Made by a program: the position numbers and the translations under genes. From positions 62,001-125,505 of the forward strand of contig MU271246.1 of the NCBI GenBank assembly GCA_021432655.1: a stretch of 63,505 bases of DNA, written 5' to 3'. The notes beneath the pieces were generated by a model that was not told the origin of the DNA, did no database searches, and saw only the letters and a list, made by a program, of their open reading frames with translations. The stretch is from Atractiella rhizophila. Taxonomy: Eukaryota. Positions 26,551 to 39,472 of the stretch are shown in pieces. How positions within the stretch are numbered: position 1 is the stretch's first letter; the number at the start of each line of letters is the position of its first letter.

Positions 26551-27206
26551 GACTTGCATTCCTACTAAAAAGACCACATACCCGGTCTGACTAGTCTCGT
26601 ACTAAGATCTCCCTTAGACCCGTTCTATAGTTTGTCTAGTCGGTTGTACACCTGTCACTAAAATCATCTTGACAGTTGTTGTAACTTACACGTATTACCT
26701 CCTAAATACTTATGTCGATGGATGATGATAAGGAAGCGCTGACTTGACAAGGTATGGTACCCGGTGTCTCGACCCTGATCCTACCCTCCTCTAAGTCGAA
26801 GCTACGCTGATAGTTTGACAACTGTCGCACGATGCACGACTTTCTACGCTTGAGCGAACAAACTACACTTGGGACCTAGTAGACGGAAGGAGAACAATCT
26901 TCCTTAGTGTCCTCCCCCTCAACGCTGTTTTCATCCTTAACCCCACCACGGAGAGACAGGTCAGGGCGGAAGAAAGTACGACTCTCAAGACGAACGGTCG
27001 AACTGATGATGATAAGGAAGCACTGCCTTGACAAGGTAGTCAGTTTAAACCGACCCCTTGTCTCAATCCCAGTCCCGGTCCCACTCAGGGCAGTCGGATC
27101 AACTCCGAGACCGACTGTCTTGATTGGACTGCCCTGCCTTGCGTGGTAACTCAGGACAGTCGAGTCTGAGTTGCCGGTTTTACCAAGCGTTCCGGCCCTA
27201 CTCGGG

Positions 27207-29929
27207 CGAAAATCAATATCCCCAATGCTGCGAACACAGTTGGCTTGACCCTGTCGATCTCCCACTTCCATGTAGAGCACCTTTGCATCTTCAAACGCCT
27301 TCACAGCATCCTCGTTCTTGCCATGGTCGTAAAAACAATTGCCGAGGGACTCTGTCAGTGAACGTCTTAGTCTTAACCATTCAGACTCTCTGCAACCTGG
27401 ATACAGGGGCATTCCCAACCCTGTGTTCACGGCATGTGTCGCCTGTTGTAACAGCGAAGTTGAGAGCCGATGTTTCATGCGTACAAACTCTGATGTGTTC
27501 TCCAAATGCCACAGCATGGGTAAAGGGTTTGACAGGCATAATAAGCTCCTTAGCAAGACATGTTCAAGGTTTGGGTATTGTTCACGGAATTGAAACAGTG
27601 CGTGTTGATCCTGGTGGATCTCGAACTGTTCAATATTTGACTCGGCTTTCTGCATGAGATGGTTTCCAAGAGGTAGGAGCGACCAAGCCACGGGCATCGA
27701 AAACGGTAATTTGGAGCCGGCGACAAGTTCGTTGAGGTATTCACGAATAGGAGCAAGCATACGGAGAGTACCTTTGATGTTATCGGCAAGTCCAATCTTT
27801 AAAATCACAGCAATGACTTTGAAGATATCCTGAGATTCATAAGACCTGGAAATGAGTGCTGACAGGTCATGGTGGGCTAGACCGTCTGGCACCCAAGACA
27901 GTAGTGCGAGTGCAAAGACAGCACGCTCCCCCTGCTTCTTGAGAGCGGGAGAATGGAGGGAGAACGATAGAGATGTTTTGAGCGTGATGGTATCTTCACT
28001 GTCTTCGTTCCAGAAAACAAGTGTCTTTTTCTCCTTCCACTCCTCTACCAATTCTTCGAGTGTCATAGTTGAATCCTCCTGCGCACGGAGAGCGAACAGC
28101 TTGATGGATAGAGCGTGGAAGTCTAGCTGGTCAACTAGCTGTTGGACCACCAGTAGCGAGGACTCCTCGTTGCTTCCATATGACTCCTCGAAGAGTGCGA
28201 GCACGCCGTCTTTCGGCAGACCGCCAACTGAGATCTTGATGAACTTCACAGGCTCTTTCCCTTTCACGCCCAACGCTTCCACTTTATCCCCACGGTGGAC
28301 CACGACGAGCACCGACCCAACTGAGTTGTTCGAGAGGAGTGTTCGGAAGAAGTGTTGTTTTTTGTTTTCGTCGGCACGCATGGGAGTCTCAAAGTTATCC
28401 AAAACGAGAAGGCATTTTCGACTTCTAAAGTAATCTGCCACGACCTCTAACGATGTTTTGTCAGACTTAGTCAGTGTGAAGATGTCGTTGCAGATGTGGT
28501 CAGAAAGCCTGGCGAAGGTGTCAAAATTGTCGCAGCGAACCCAGAAGCGGAGATCTTCTCCAATGCCCTGTGTCAGATCTGTGAATGACTGCCTGATCTC
28601 TTCGCAGTGCACCGCGTCGAGTGCAACGGTGGATTTTCCGTTTCCAGCTCCACCCACAATCGCAACGTGGCGTCCTTCAAGTATAGCTTTTCTGGCGCGT
28701 TGGATCTCATCTGTGCGGCCAAAGCAAGAGCCTGGAGGCGGTAAAGGTAACCGCCGACGAACTGCAATCCGTTCACTGCACACTACAAGGACGTCAGTGT
28801 GGTATTTACACGAGAGGTAAGAGAACATACCCTGCACGAGACATTGAGCAGCATCACGCGCTTCGTGACCCATTACTTGCATATAGGCTTTTGTCCGACC
28901 CACGACGTCCTTTGTTCGCTCCCACTCCTCCCACTTGATGCCTCCCATCGTGTGGACTGAAAAGCGGTGATAGCGATGGCCCAGGCCGCGATCCTGCATC
29001 TTCATCTTCAACTGATCTGCTACCTGGGAACAATCTTCGACGATTGCCTTCACAGCGAGTTCAATCTCGCATTGGGTCGGACCCCAATTAACAGCCGGAG
29101 CGATCCCAGACCCCAGAGAGACAAGACAGGCGACTTCGCTTCCTTGTCCCCATATGTGCTTAGCCTCGTCAATCGCTATTGCCGCTGGGTTATTGTTCCC
29201 GATGGTGACATATTCCGTATTGTCGATGACGATAGGAGGAAGGAAGGGACGGGGAGAGGAAGTCGCTCTTGCTGCTTCCAACACCGTACATCGTGCAGCA
29301 GCATTTGGCGCATCGTACGTGCGCAATTTTGTTGAAACAACTGCGTTTGATTCGTACGTTGACACAACAAAAGTTCTACATCTATCCCCAATTGCCACAT
29401 CCTTCATAGGAAGTCGAGAGGACGAGATAGACAGTGGAGCGTGTCGAGTAATGATCTCCTGGAGGACGGCTTCGAGCGTCTTTGCGGAGCATGCATAGTC
29501 TTCATTCGAAAGTGGAGCTCCCCCGGAAAAGACGTCCTGCACGATCTCTTCGTACGCGCTGATGGATTGTCGAACGGTCATTCCCAACCTTCCGAGCATG
29601 AGGGCGATCCACCCTCCCGTGGAAGTGCCACAGATGAGATCGAAAACGTCGCACGGCCGGACTTCTTCTCCTTCGTGGACTTTGAGGAGGTTGCCAACCT
29701 CGAGCATGACGACTTCGAGCATGTAAAGCGTGGAGAAGGTACAGACGCCGCCGTTGTCGATAGCGAGGATTCGGAGTCCTTGTTCGTTCGTCTTCTTGAC
29801 ATTGTCAGGGACTTTGAAAATCTTGATGGTTTGAACTTGGGATCGGCTGGAGGACGAGAAAGGTGTGGGTAACAGATCTGGAGGCAACAGGAGATGCGGT
29901 ACGCGATAGGAAGCGAAATTGTGAGCCAA
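27207..29929 (-). CDS. NLR-like protein: patatin-like phospholipase domain, STAND (NB-ARC-like) NTPase and TPR repeats. True start probably upstream (about 30143); the TPR array continues in the mirrored segment
   Basis: LRILAIDNGGV, FDLICGTSTGG (patatin), GGAGNGKST Walker A, LLVLDNFE Walker B, first TPR GKNEDAVKAFEDAKVLYMEVGDRQGQANCVRSIGDI. Same architecture as Neurospora PLP-1. Confidence 0.9.
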
Positions 29930-31016
29930 AAATTGTCGGGTTGGTGCTCAGGAAACGGATAGGTTGAGAGTACAGCTGCAATACTGAAAGATTTTGTACT
30001 CCGATCCCTTCATTAGGACGAGGAACTTCTCGCGGATCGGCGCTGAATGCGTGGTCGTCGTCAGACAAATTCCCAGGGTCTTCATGGTTGCTGGGATTTG
30101 TTGAAGAAGGCTTAGGCGTCTTTCCGAAGGCTGAGGCGTCCATCGCTTAGAGCACGAGATGAAAACGATGACGATTGACCCAGAACTCCTTGTTGAACGT
30201 GAGACGAAACTGAGAGAATGCGTGTCAGATCTGGACGAGAGCTACCAGGAGGGAGGGTGGTCAAAGAATACTTGAACTGGCTGTGAAGAAGAGGAAGAAG
30301 AAACAAGGAATACGGAATACAGTACCGCTGCGTTCCGATCCAATGATACGTACGTACGAATGCATGAAAGAAAATCCAGATGAATGTGACGATGTGAGGA
30401 TAAGAAGGGAGGGAAGCTTAGCGCAACTTAATCAATTTGTCAACTCGCAAGACGGAGGAATGAATGCTAGGAAAAAGAAGGATGAACCATCCAGCACTGA
30501 AGATCTCTTGTCTAACGGATCGGAAAACGGTCCTAAGAAGAAGTGGCGTTGTGGCTAAGGTGAAGTTATGCTTCCGCTTGAGCCAATGGAGATATGGAGT
30601 ATGAAGGCTGCACAATATCGAATTGACGAGGGAGAACATAAAATTCATCCCCCCAACTCCAACTCATCCCTCATCTCGGTGTCGACATGCCAGGGTCGAT
30701 AAATTTAAGACTCACGGGACTCCTGAGACTCTTTCTCCGATCGTTCAGAAACGCTTGACACTCAGCAAACAAACTCGAGAACAGTCCGATATCGTGCTGT
30801 CTTTGACACTCAGCGGAAGATGCAGTGAGTGTTCGCCGATGGAAGCTCAATAAAGTTCACTGACTCTACCGCACATCCCGTCCAAGATGTGCTTATTCCC
30901 TCCGATTTCTTTCGTCTCTTCGGAGAATACCCTCAAATAAATTCTTAACAAAGAAAAGGTGCTGACGGAAGGCACAGTTCGACGCTGGGCCTGTCTGGGC
31001 TACTTCCGAGTTTGCC

Positions 31017-32650
31017 CTACCTACCTTCGAGACTGAGACCAAATTCTCTACCGCGCATCATCCAAACCCTCCACCGAATCCCATCCACTGCTGTCTCCGT
31101 CTCCACCTCCTCACTCTCTCTCCACGCATTTTCGCACCTCCCTTCCTCTGTCAGCCTTCTCCTTCTTCTCAATGCCTCTGTGCGGCCCCCTCTCTTCAAT
31201 CCATCCGAAAGAGACTTCAATCCTCTCATCGAGATCGCCGTCTCCGTCTCTGGCAAGTCTCGCGGTTCCGATTCCCAACCTGGGATTCTGAGAAAAGCGC
31301 TCGGTCCCGCCATGTTTCTGTGCGGAGGAACGATCGAGGCCTCCCCGTCCCCCTTCGAGGGGAAGGTGAGAAACACGTTACAGGGAGAAAAAGGGGAGGG
31401 GCAGTGTTGCTCGGGTGTAGGGAAGGCTTGGCGTGGATCACTCATGCGAGAGTACCCAAAGCAAAGGCGGACGGGAGGCATGGTACGAACCAACGGTGCC
31501 TGTTGTCGGTGTTTGGAGAGGAGAGCGCCGGAAAAGATGGATGAAGTGACGGAGATCGAGCCCAGGGACCTGGAGAAGAGAGTGGGGCGGGGACACATCT
31601 GGACTTTTGCAATGAAGAAAGGGAGGATGGAGAGGTCATCGTCGTCGGTTGGGAAGTCTACAATGGTACTTTCTCCAGCAAACACTGCGAAACATTGAAA
31701 GAGCTGGTCAAGAGCATCACACCCGAACGGTAACGTAACCATTCGCACCAAAGAATTTGTTCAGGCAGACGATAATCCTTCGGCCAATAACCGCGAGCCA
31801 GGCTTGGTCGTCTTACAGTGACCGATGGTGTACTTTTCGAATGACATCCATCTGGGACTAATCGAGCCCTCGACTTCTCCAGCTGACGCCCATCTCTCCA
31901 ACATCACGGCAATCAACGCTCTCTCCCTAATCTGCCTCCGACTGCTAACCTCGCCCATCTGCGCTGAAAAGCCTCTGCAGGAGCAGCGGCTCTGGCGGCT
32001 GCATGCTCCAATGGTGTGGCTGGGAAGACGGTGTGGTGTTGAATCCCAGCTACCTGTCTATGGGCTTGTACGGGAGTGAGCACGACACGTTTAGTTATCG
32101 AGAACAAAGGGGAGCAAGAATTGTGGAGTAGAGGGAGATGCCGGAAGCCAAAGAGGGTGGGGTAAGTGAAGGCCCCGAACGGTCGGGAGGAGATGTGGAC
32201 TTGCATCTGCTCCTTGACCTCTGAAGAGGAAGAGTGGGTGGGTAACGAGGGCCAGACGCGGTTTGCCAGTCTGTCGAATATGGCCCGTGCGGCCAGAGAA
32301 CTCGATGTGAAGGAGAGGGAGGAGGAGCTGGAATCGTTCGTTGAAGAAGAGATGAGGCAGATGCGCATTCGCTTTTACGCTCCAGTACTACGAAGGGCCA
32401 GCTATTTACAGACACGCCACTTCACTCCACCACTACGTGATCACAAGAAGAAGCTCGAGTGGGAGGGTATCTCCTGGATCATCAGCCCTCACGTGTCCAT
32501 GTCTTTCTCTGGAGCTATGGAGGCTTTGTTCCACAGGTGTTTGTGGATCACTGAACTTCAAGAGCTTCTCCTCATCGCTCTCCATCATGCAGATCGAGGG
32601 TCGTGCACCGTCCTCGGCCATCCAATGGACATTGTCTGCGATTCCTCTGC
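31017..32650 (-). CDS. Hypothetical protein (multi-exon, function unknown)
   Basis: Chain of minus-strand ORFs (32433-32621, 31913-32368, 31761-31958, 31017-31751) separated by intron-sized gaps. No recognisable motif and start uncertain. Confidence 0.45.
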
Positions 32651-35195
32651 TTCGGCCTCTAACTACCGCAATAGAGCTGTCACAGCGAGTGAAACTACTT
32701 GTGCCACTTTATTGCACTAAAGAAGTCATTGAAAAGCAGCTTCTTCTGATGCCTATCAACACGCGACGTGCCTCCGCATCGCTGTTTATATCGAGGACGG
32801 TCGTGAGCACTTCTCCCAGGAACGCCAGACACCGTCAGCTACACGTCCGGTCATTCGTCATCGTCACAACAGGTCACAATAACCTCAAACCAACTTCTAT
32901 ATCCTTAGTCTCCATCCTCTACCGAATGGGCGACGCTCTCTTTAGGTACTCACGGCTCTCTTGCAATACTTAACGACACGAGCATCTATGAACCACCAAC
33001 CACCCACTAGGACAGTCGGCTTGTCCCCTCACCTTGACCACCCTGCGTAACCTCTGGGTCCTTGCATCCTTTGATCTCCGAGCTTGTACTCTGTACTAAA
33101 CACGCGTTGTTTTACACCATAAATGCATTATGAAGTATAAATGAGAGCATATTTGTCGAGAGGAGCACTCATTGTACACTTGCACGGCACGCAGACGGCA
33201 CCACTGTCACGCGCTTCCTCAGCAACTCGCCTCTTTGCTCAACTTCAATGCTTCCTTTGTGTTGCAAATCACTCTCAACAGCACTGGGAACAGAGCTGCC
33301 AGTTTATGGTATCACGATGTTCTTTACTCGAGTGTCAGACTGTTGCAGCGCCACCGAAAAGAAACATTGCAACTGGATTCAGGTCGATACTTAGCTTGAA
33401 ATCGATTGACAAAACAATAACTGGCATGCAAACCGCCATGTGCTGGAGGTGCTGTGGTTCTGCTTACGAGGATTGAGTTTCCACTTTCTTCTTCATGATT
33501 GACATTAAAATTTCCATTGCGCAGCAAGCCACTTTGAAACTATCCCAAATGAACATCACCTGTGAGCGATTTGTGTATTGCAAGATAGTCCGGAAGGGGG
33601 GATGAGGCGCCTCCTCGTCTGACACTGCTAGATTCAGGTTGCGCTGCGTCCAATGGTGTCCGGAGCTTAGCCAGCTCCTCCATCCTCCATCGACAGAAGC
33701 CCAGGACCACGGGCGAATGCGACGGATGCTTAATCAAAAAAAGGTATTGGAATGAATGAAAACATGGCTTGAAGGCTGCTACGAGGCGAAAGCTAGGCAG
33801 CTCTTCGCTCTCCATCCTTTTACTGTGCTTAGTGGTAGGGATCTTCGTTGCCTTTGAAACAATGACTACCATACACTCATCATGTCAAAGCGCTTGCACA
33901 TAAGACGAGAGGACGCTAGGAGAATAAGAACAGTAGGACCATACTTGATCGAGAGAGAGCAGACGTCGAGTTAAAATTTAACGAAAGCATTTGACAATTC
34001 TCTCCGAAAGCGTTGGCGCCGAATTGATGAAAGCTTCCAGAAGTGCGAGCACGAAAAATTTTCTACAATCGACGAGTGCACAAAACAAGAAGTCAGGAGA
34101 AGTCCCTTACTTGCGAAAGACTGGAAAATGAAAGCACGAGCGTGAGAAAGTTTGATTCCTTTTCTCATACCGCTCGTACCCCGCAGAGGAGCGTAACTGA
34201 ATGAAAGCTCGCAGATGTTATGAAAAGCTCCTGGTTCCATCCCTCCCATAGGTGGCAACATGGCCGTATCCGCACCATACAGTTGAAACGAGAAAAAGAG
34301 CAAGAGCAGGATCGATGAACATGCGATGGGAGGAGAACGACAGTGATCGTTTTTCTTTCGATCACGGATAACGGTTGCCTTTATTGTCGTTTGAATGGGA
34401 GCTTGTCACGGTGGAGCTTTTTCTTCACACCTTAGCTTGAAATCTAGCTCTCCGGGCTCCGGATGAACAAGGCTCTGGCACTCAGGAAGAATGTCAGGAA
34501 GAAGGAAAGTCGTAAGGCTCGCAGATGTTCTCTTCATGCATCAACGTTACATCAACATCGGGAGCCCAAACTTGTCCCATGATCATTGAGCAGACAATGT
34601 TCTTTTGGTCTGAACGAACCCAGCCCTTGCACATGGGATAACATGGGGAAAACATGTAAATGAAGGACAGAGAAGGACTGTCATGGATGCGACAGGATTC
34701 CCCTTCTCAGCCTTCTTTCTGCTGTATGAATTCACTTCTTGCAATCTTTCTTTAATGGAACGATAATAAATGACTTTCATCACCTCACACCGAGGATGGA
34801 ACGTGAGCACAGCCCAAAGTCTCCAAATACCTCCCGAGCTCCTGAACTCCAAGTGAATGCATCTGTTGTGGCTCCAGCCATATCATCCGATATCATGTGC
34901 ATTGGGAGCGCGACAATGGGAGAAGGTCCGGGGGAAGGAAGCATTTTCTCACAATACTGTAGACATGAATGCATCACCCCACATGCGCTTCCACCAACTT
35001 CTCCTGATCCAATTGTCGCTTTCATCTGTTGCGGTCGAAGGCATGACCTGCGTTCGCGACGACGGGAAACCAGATGGTCGGCTATGTAATGTAATGCCTC
35101 CTCCTGTTATTTCAGCTCCCCTTTTACTCTTCTGATACTGCACACGTCTAGACATAGTAACGCAGCTGAGCAGCCAAGACGAAGACGAAGAGAAG

Positions 35196-38100
35196 ATGGT
35201 GAGCGGGCAGAGCATGGCACTGATTGTTCCCAGCTCCGTCGGAACGGTTACTTCTATTTTCGACTGCCACGCCGACTCAGGCCCAGACTCACCAGCATCA
35301 GCATCAGCATCAGCATCAGCACCAGGGTCACCACCAGCGACAGTGACAGTGCGAGCGAGCAGCAGCATGCCTCCCTCGCCGTCGACGAAGAAGCCGCCCC
35401 TGCGCCGGCTGTCCATTCCGCTCCAGGCCACCTCCTCCGCCGCCATCGCGCTGGGCACCGACGACGACGTCCCCCTCAGCGCGGGGGCGGGGGCGAGAGG
35501 CGGAGAGAGCGGAGAGACGACCCCCGTGGGCAGGAGGAGGAAGAAGATGCCGTTCGAGGCGGGTGCTGCGAGTGGTAACGTTGGTTCTGCGGCGAGTGGA
35601 CAGGCGAATGGGAGTGGGAATGCGAATGGGGTTTATGGCAGTGGTTATGCGGGGAGTTATCTCCCGCCGTCTACGTCTGCCCAGCAGATAAGCAAGTTGG
35701 GTTGGGTCAATGGCTCTTCCACATCCACATCTACAACATCGTCGTCGGTACGCATTTTTCTTTTCCCATTGCATTGCATAACTCTGGGTGGACGACGATA
35801 AAGCGACTATCCGAACCATCCCTCGCCCCCTCTTCCTCTTCCCGCACCTCCACCGACATCAGAGAAGAATCCTGGTTCCCGTCCCCTCTCCACTCTCCTC
35901 CCTCGCACTCGCACTCCCAAAACTCCTCCTACTTCCACACCCCGCGGCATTCCAACACCCTCTCAGCGACCGATCCGCACTCTCCTTCTCCTCTGCACCT
36001 CCCGCTCACCCCGCCAGCCGATGTGAGGAGCTTCAAGATGAATGTGCCGAGGGAAGAGGGGTGGGGATCGTATCTCAGACGAGGGGTGAAGAGGTTGCGG
36101 TTGGCCGCAGCTTCTTCACTAGGAGGTGGTGGAGGAGGAGGAGGGCCAGGAGAAAGGGTCTTACACCGCGGTGGTGGTGGCGGCGGCGGCGGAGCTGGCG
36201 GAGGGGGTATTGGAAAAGGAAAAGGGAGGTTGATGCTCATGGGCCGAATACAGCTCTGCACCCTCCTCTTCGTCTTCATCACCCTGTTCTACCTCTTCCG
36301 TTCCCCTTCCTCCCCTTCGCCTTCTCTCCCAGACCTGCCTCAAACTATAGCACCCATCCTCGTCCCTCCCCCTCGGACACCCCGTCGAAATTCTCCGCCA
36401 CCGAGGTCGATCACCTCTCCTTCTCTCGAATCGACGAATAGAGGATTGAATTACACCACCCTCACCAGTTCCCCATCTTACTTTTCCCTCCCCATGGACC
36501 AAATAAACCTCGGAGTCCTCATCTCCTCTCCCCTCTCCACCTCCTCCCAAACATCCATCCTAGTCTCCAAACTCCGAAAACAGTCTCTCCTCCCAAAACG
36601 GGTCCTCGTAGTCTGCAGGGACGGAGAGGGAGAAGACGTAGCTCTGGCGTTAGAGAACGAGCCCGGGTCCGGATCAGGAGCGGGAGAAGAAGAGGGCGAA
36701 GAAATGGAGCTGCAGGTCGCCACCTTCGGGGACGAGATCGACTCCCGAAACGAAGCCCTCGTCCGCGCCGGCGTGCGCTACCTCGGCGGAACGAACGTGC
36801 TCCTCATCCTGGGCGGCGGGGACGTCCTGCCCGACGGGAACGGGTGGTTGGAGCACTTTGTGAGGTCGTTGAACGTCCCCCAGTTGGGCGGGAGGTGGAT
36901 CGGCAGTACCGGATGGGATCGGGAGGGCGCGTGTTGGGATGATCCGAGGAGTGTGGGCGCGAAGGAGGTCGTTGTCCCCAGGGGCCCGTTTGTGGTCCTT
37001 ACGGAGTGGATTCAGCATTTGGCGCCGTTTAAGTATCCGGTGCAGTTGAGGACGTCCTTGATTCCGGGCAGAGAGGAACATGTGGGCGAGTTCCTCGCGT
37101 TGGCGTTGAGGAGGTATGTAGGCGTTGAAGGCGCGGCGGTGCCTTTGGCGGAGAGGGAAGGGGTGGATGAAGAGTATGATGCCGAAGAGGAGGAAGGGGA
37201 GAAATGTGAAGGAGAAAGGAAACCGATCGTCTTGAGGGAGTTGGTGAGAGCAGGTGTGGGCAGGGAAGAATCGAAGAGGGAAGGAAGGAGGGGAAGCGTC
37301 GTCTTCTTCGCTTCTGATGATGACGAGGGCAGGACTTGGGAACCGATCGCGTGCCAGTTTAGGAAGAGGGGTCACGAAGTCTTGCTCTTCCTCGCGTCCT
37401 CAGAAGAATTAGAGGACGCTTCATCCCTCCACGGCGCCGGGACATCCACCTACGATTCCACCCACCTCTGCGCGCTCGACGTCAGACTCCTCTCTTCCCC
37501 CGTCCTCGAGACGCTAACGACGATCGGAGGGACGGATGTCGCCTTCTATCTCTTGGGCAGCGACCACGAACAGAGGTGGGAACGCGCGTTGAGGGCTTGG
37601 GGCGGTTGGTTTGGAGAGAAGGCGAGGAGGTGGGGGAGCGGGGCTGGTGGTGGTGGAGAGGGTAGGACGACTGTCATCGCTTTGGGGAAGGAGGAGGCTG
37701 GCGGGGCGGAGTGGATTGGAAGTTTGCCTTTGGAGGGAGTCTTAGGTCCGTTCCCAACATTCGATGTTTGGAGAAAAGATGCTGATATGTTGATGTTGTG
37801 TGAACAGAGTGGCATACCCCGCAAATCGACCTCGCCGTCATCACTGATAACCGTCCTTCCTCCCTTACCCGTCTTCTGAGGGCATTGCAGACGTCGTATT
37901 ACCTTGGCGACCAGGTTTCGTTAACCATCAACCTCGAACAGACGGCGGATCGAGTGACGCAGGACCTCGTACATGGACTCGATTGGCCGCATGGAAAAGT
38001 CACCGTCCGTCATCGAATCGTGAAGGCAGGTCTGATGCCAGCCATCGTGGAGTCTTGGTACCCTTCTTCGAATCATTCGTACGGCATAATCCTCGAAGAC

Positions 38101-38952
38101 GACGTCGAGGTCTCGCCCCTCTTCTACTCCTGGGTCAAGTTTGCGATCTTGAATTATCGCTATGGGACGGCGGAGGAGAGGAGGAGGTCGAGGAGGATGT
38201 ATGGTGTCAGTCTCTATCAGCAGAAGAATATCGAGCTCCGACCGGAGAGGAGGGAGGATTTCGACGCCCATCAGCTCTTTGGAGACCTCATGATGCATCC
38301 TTATACGCCTTATCTCTCCCAAATCCCTTGCTCTTGGGGCGCAGTCTACTTCCCAGAAGTCTGGCGGGAATTCCACATGTACCTCGCTCTGAGATTGAGC
38401 GAGGTAGCGATCGATATTTCGGACATCGTTGTGCCGGATATTAGGTCGAATAGATGGGCGAAGAGCTGGAAGAAATACTTTATAGAGATGGTCTACCTCA
38501 GGGGTTACACGATGCTCTACCCGAATTATAAAGACTTCAAGAGCTTTTCCACCAACCATCTTGAAAAGGGAACTCACATCCACTCCACCGTGCAGACCGA
38601 CAAGGCCAAGGGCCAATTCATCGTGCCTCTCATGGAAGGTGACGCATCCCTTCTCGACGGGCTGCCCGATTCGAGGATGCCAGATTGGAAGGATTCACCG
38701 TTCCTGGACCTGTGGGGAACTTTGGTGAACGAAGAAGAGATATTGCAGCGAGGGTATAATGGGATCGAGGCTATTGGGAGCTGTCCGACGCAAGAGGTGA
38801 CGGGAGGGAGCTTGAGCATGATTGGAGGAAAGAAGACGGACGTGGTGGAGAGGGAGGAACTCAAGGAGAGAGAGACGACGTTCAATGCGAGGGAACTGTT
38901 GTGTGAGAGGAAACATCGGACCGTCGATTTCATGGATGTCGTCGCTCAGTGA
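35196..38952 (+). CDS. Type II membrane glycosyltransferase (fungal GT2-like)
   Basis: Low-complexity N-terminus, TM helix IQLCTLLFVFITLFYLF, C-terminal GT-A domain with AIVESWYP, GIILEDDVEVSP, PCSWGAVYFPE and STNHLEKGTH. Start uncertain (35196 or 35367). Confidence 0.8.
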
Positions 38953-39472
38953 GCCTGTTGGATATGTCCCAACTTATGATATGATAGAATTCGCTTTTCG
39001 ATCGACCTTCACACTTGGCTTGAGATTTGGTTGACGTTGATGAGATACCCTTTCTTTTACCCTTTTCATTCTCGATCGAGAGTGAGAGTGATTACACCTT
39101 CTCCAAAATACTTATGAGATCAGCCTTCAAATTAGCTAGCTAATTCTGTTTATTACAGTATTATCGTGTGGTTATTCGTTATCCATTCATCAAGTACAAA
39201 TAACATCCCCTTCACTTACTCTCTCCAGTTCATTTCGTCCCTCTTTCGACAGGATACCTCTTCTCTCTTGCCACTATAGTATGTTGGATTCGTTGGCTGT
39301 CGCATGCTTGCATTCTCTATTGACTCGAATCCTCAACCCATATCCTTCGTAAGCTGTGTGTTTCGACTGAGAACGAAAGCATTGATTCATTTTTGGCCTT
39401 TTGTTTTGGGTATTACTCGGGCAGTCAAGTAAAAAATAACCATTTTATCTGGAATCAAGAGACCCTCAAAAT

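Noticed and set aside
26876..27206. C-terminal ~110 aa of the 1017-aa ORF (PSRAGTLGK...CSPSVY)
   Set aside because: Chance read-through into the mirrored segment, beginning exactly where TPR similarity stops.
30755..30870. Repeated tgacactcagc motif with a partial inverted copy upstream of the NLR
   Set aside because: Too short to call a transposon end or regulatory site.
32950..35190. Short ORFs in a 2.2-kb interval
   Set aside because: No motifs or consistent exon chain; probably intergenic or UTR.
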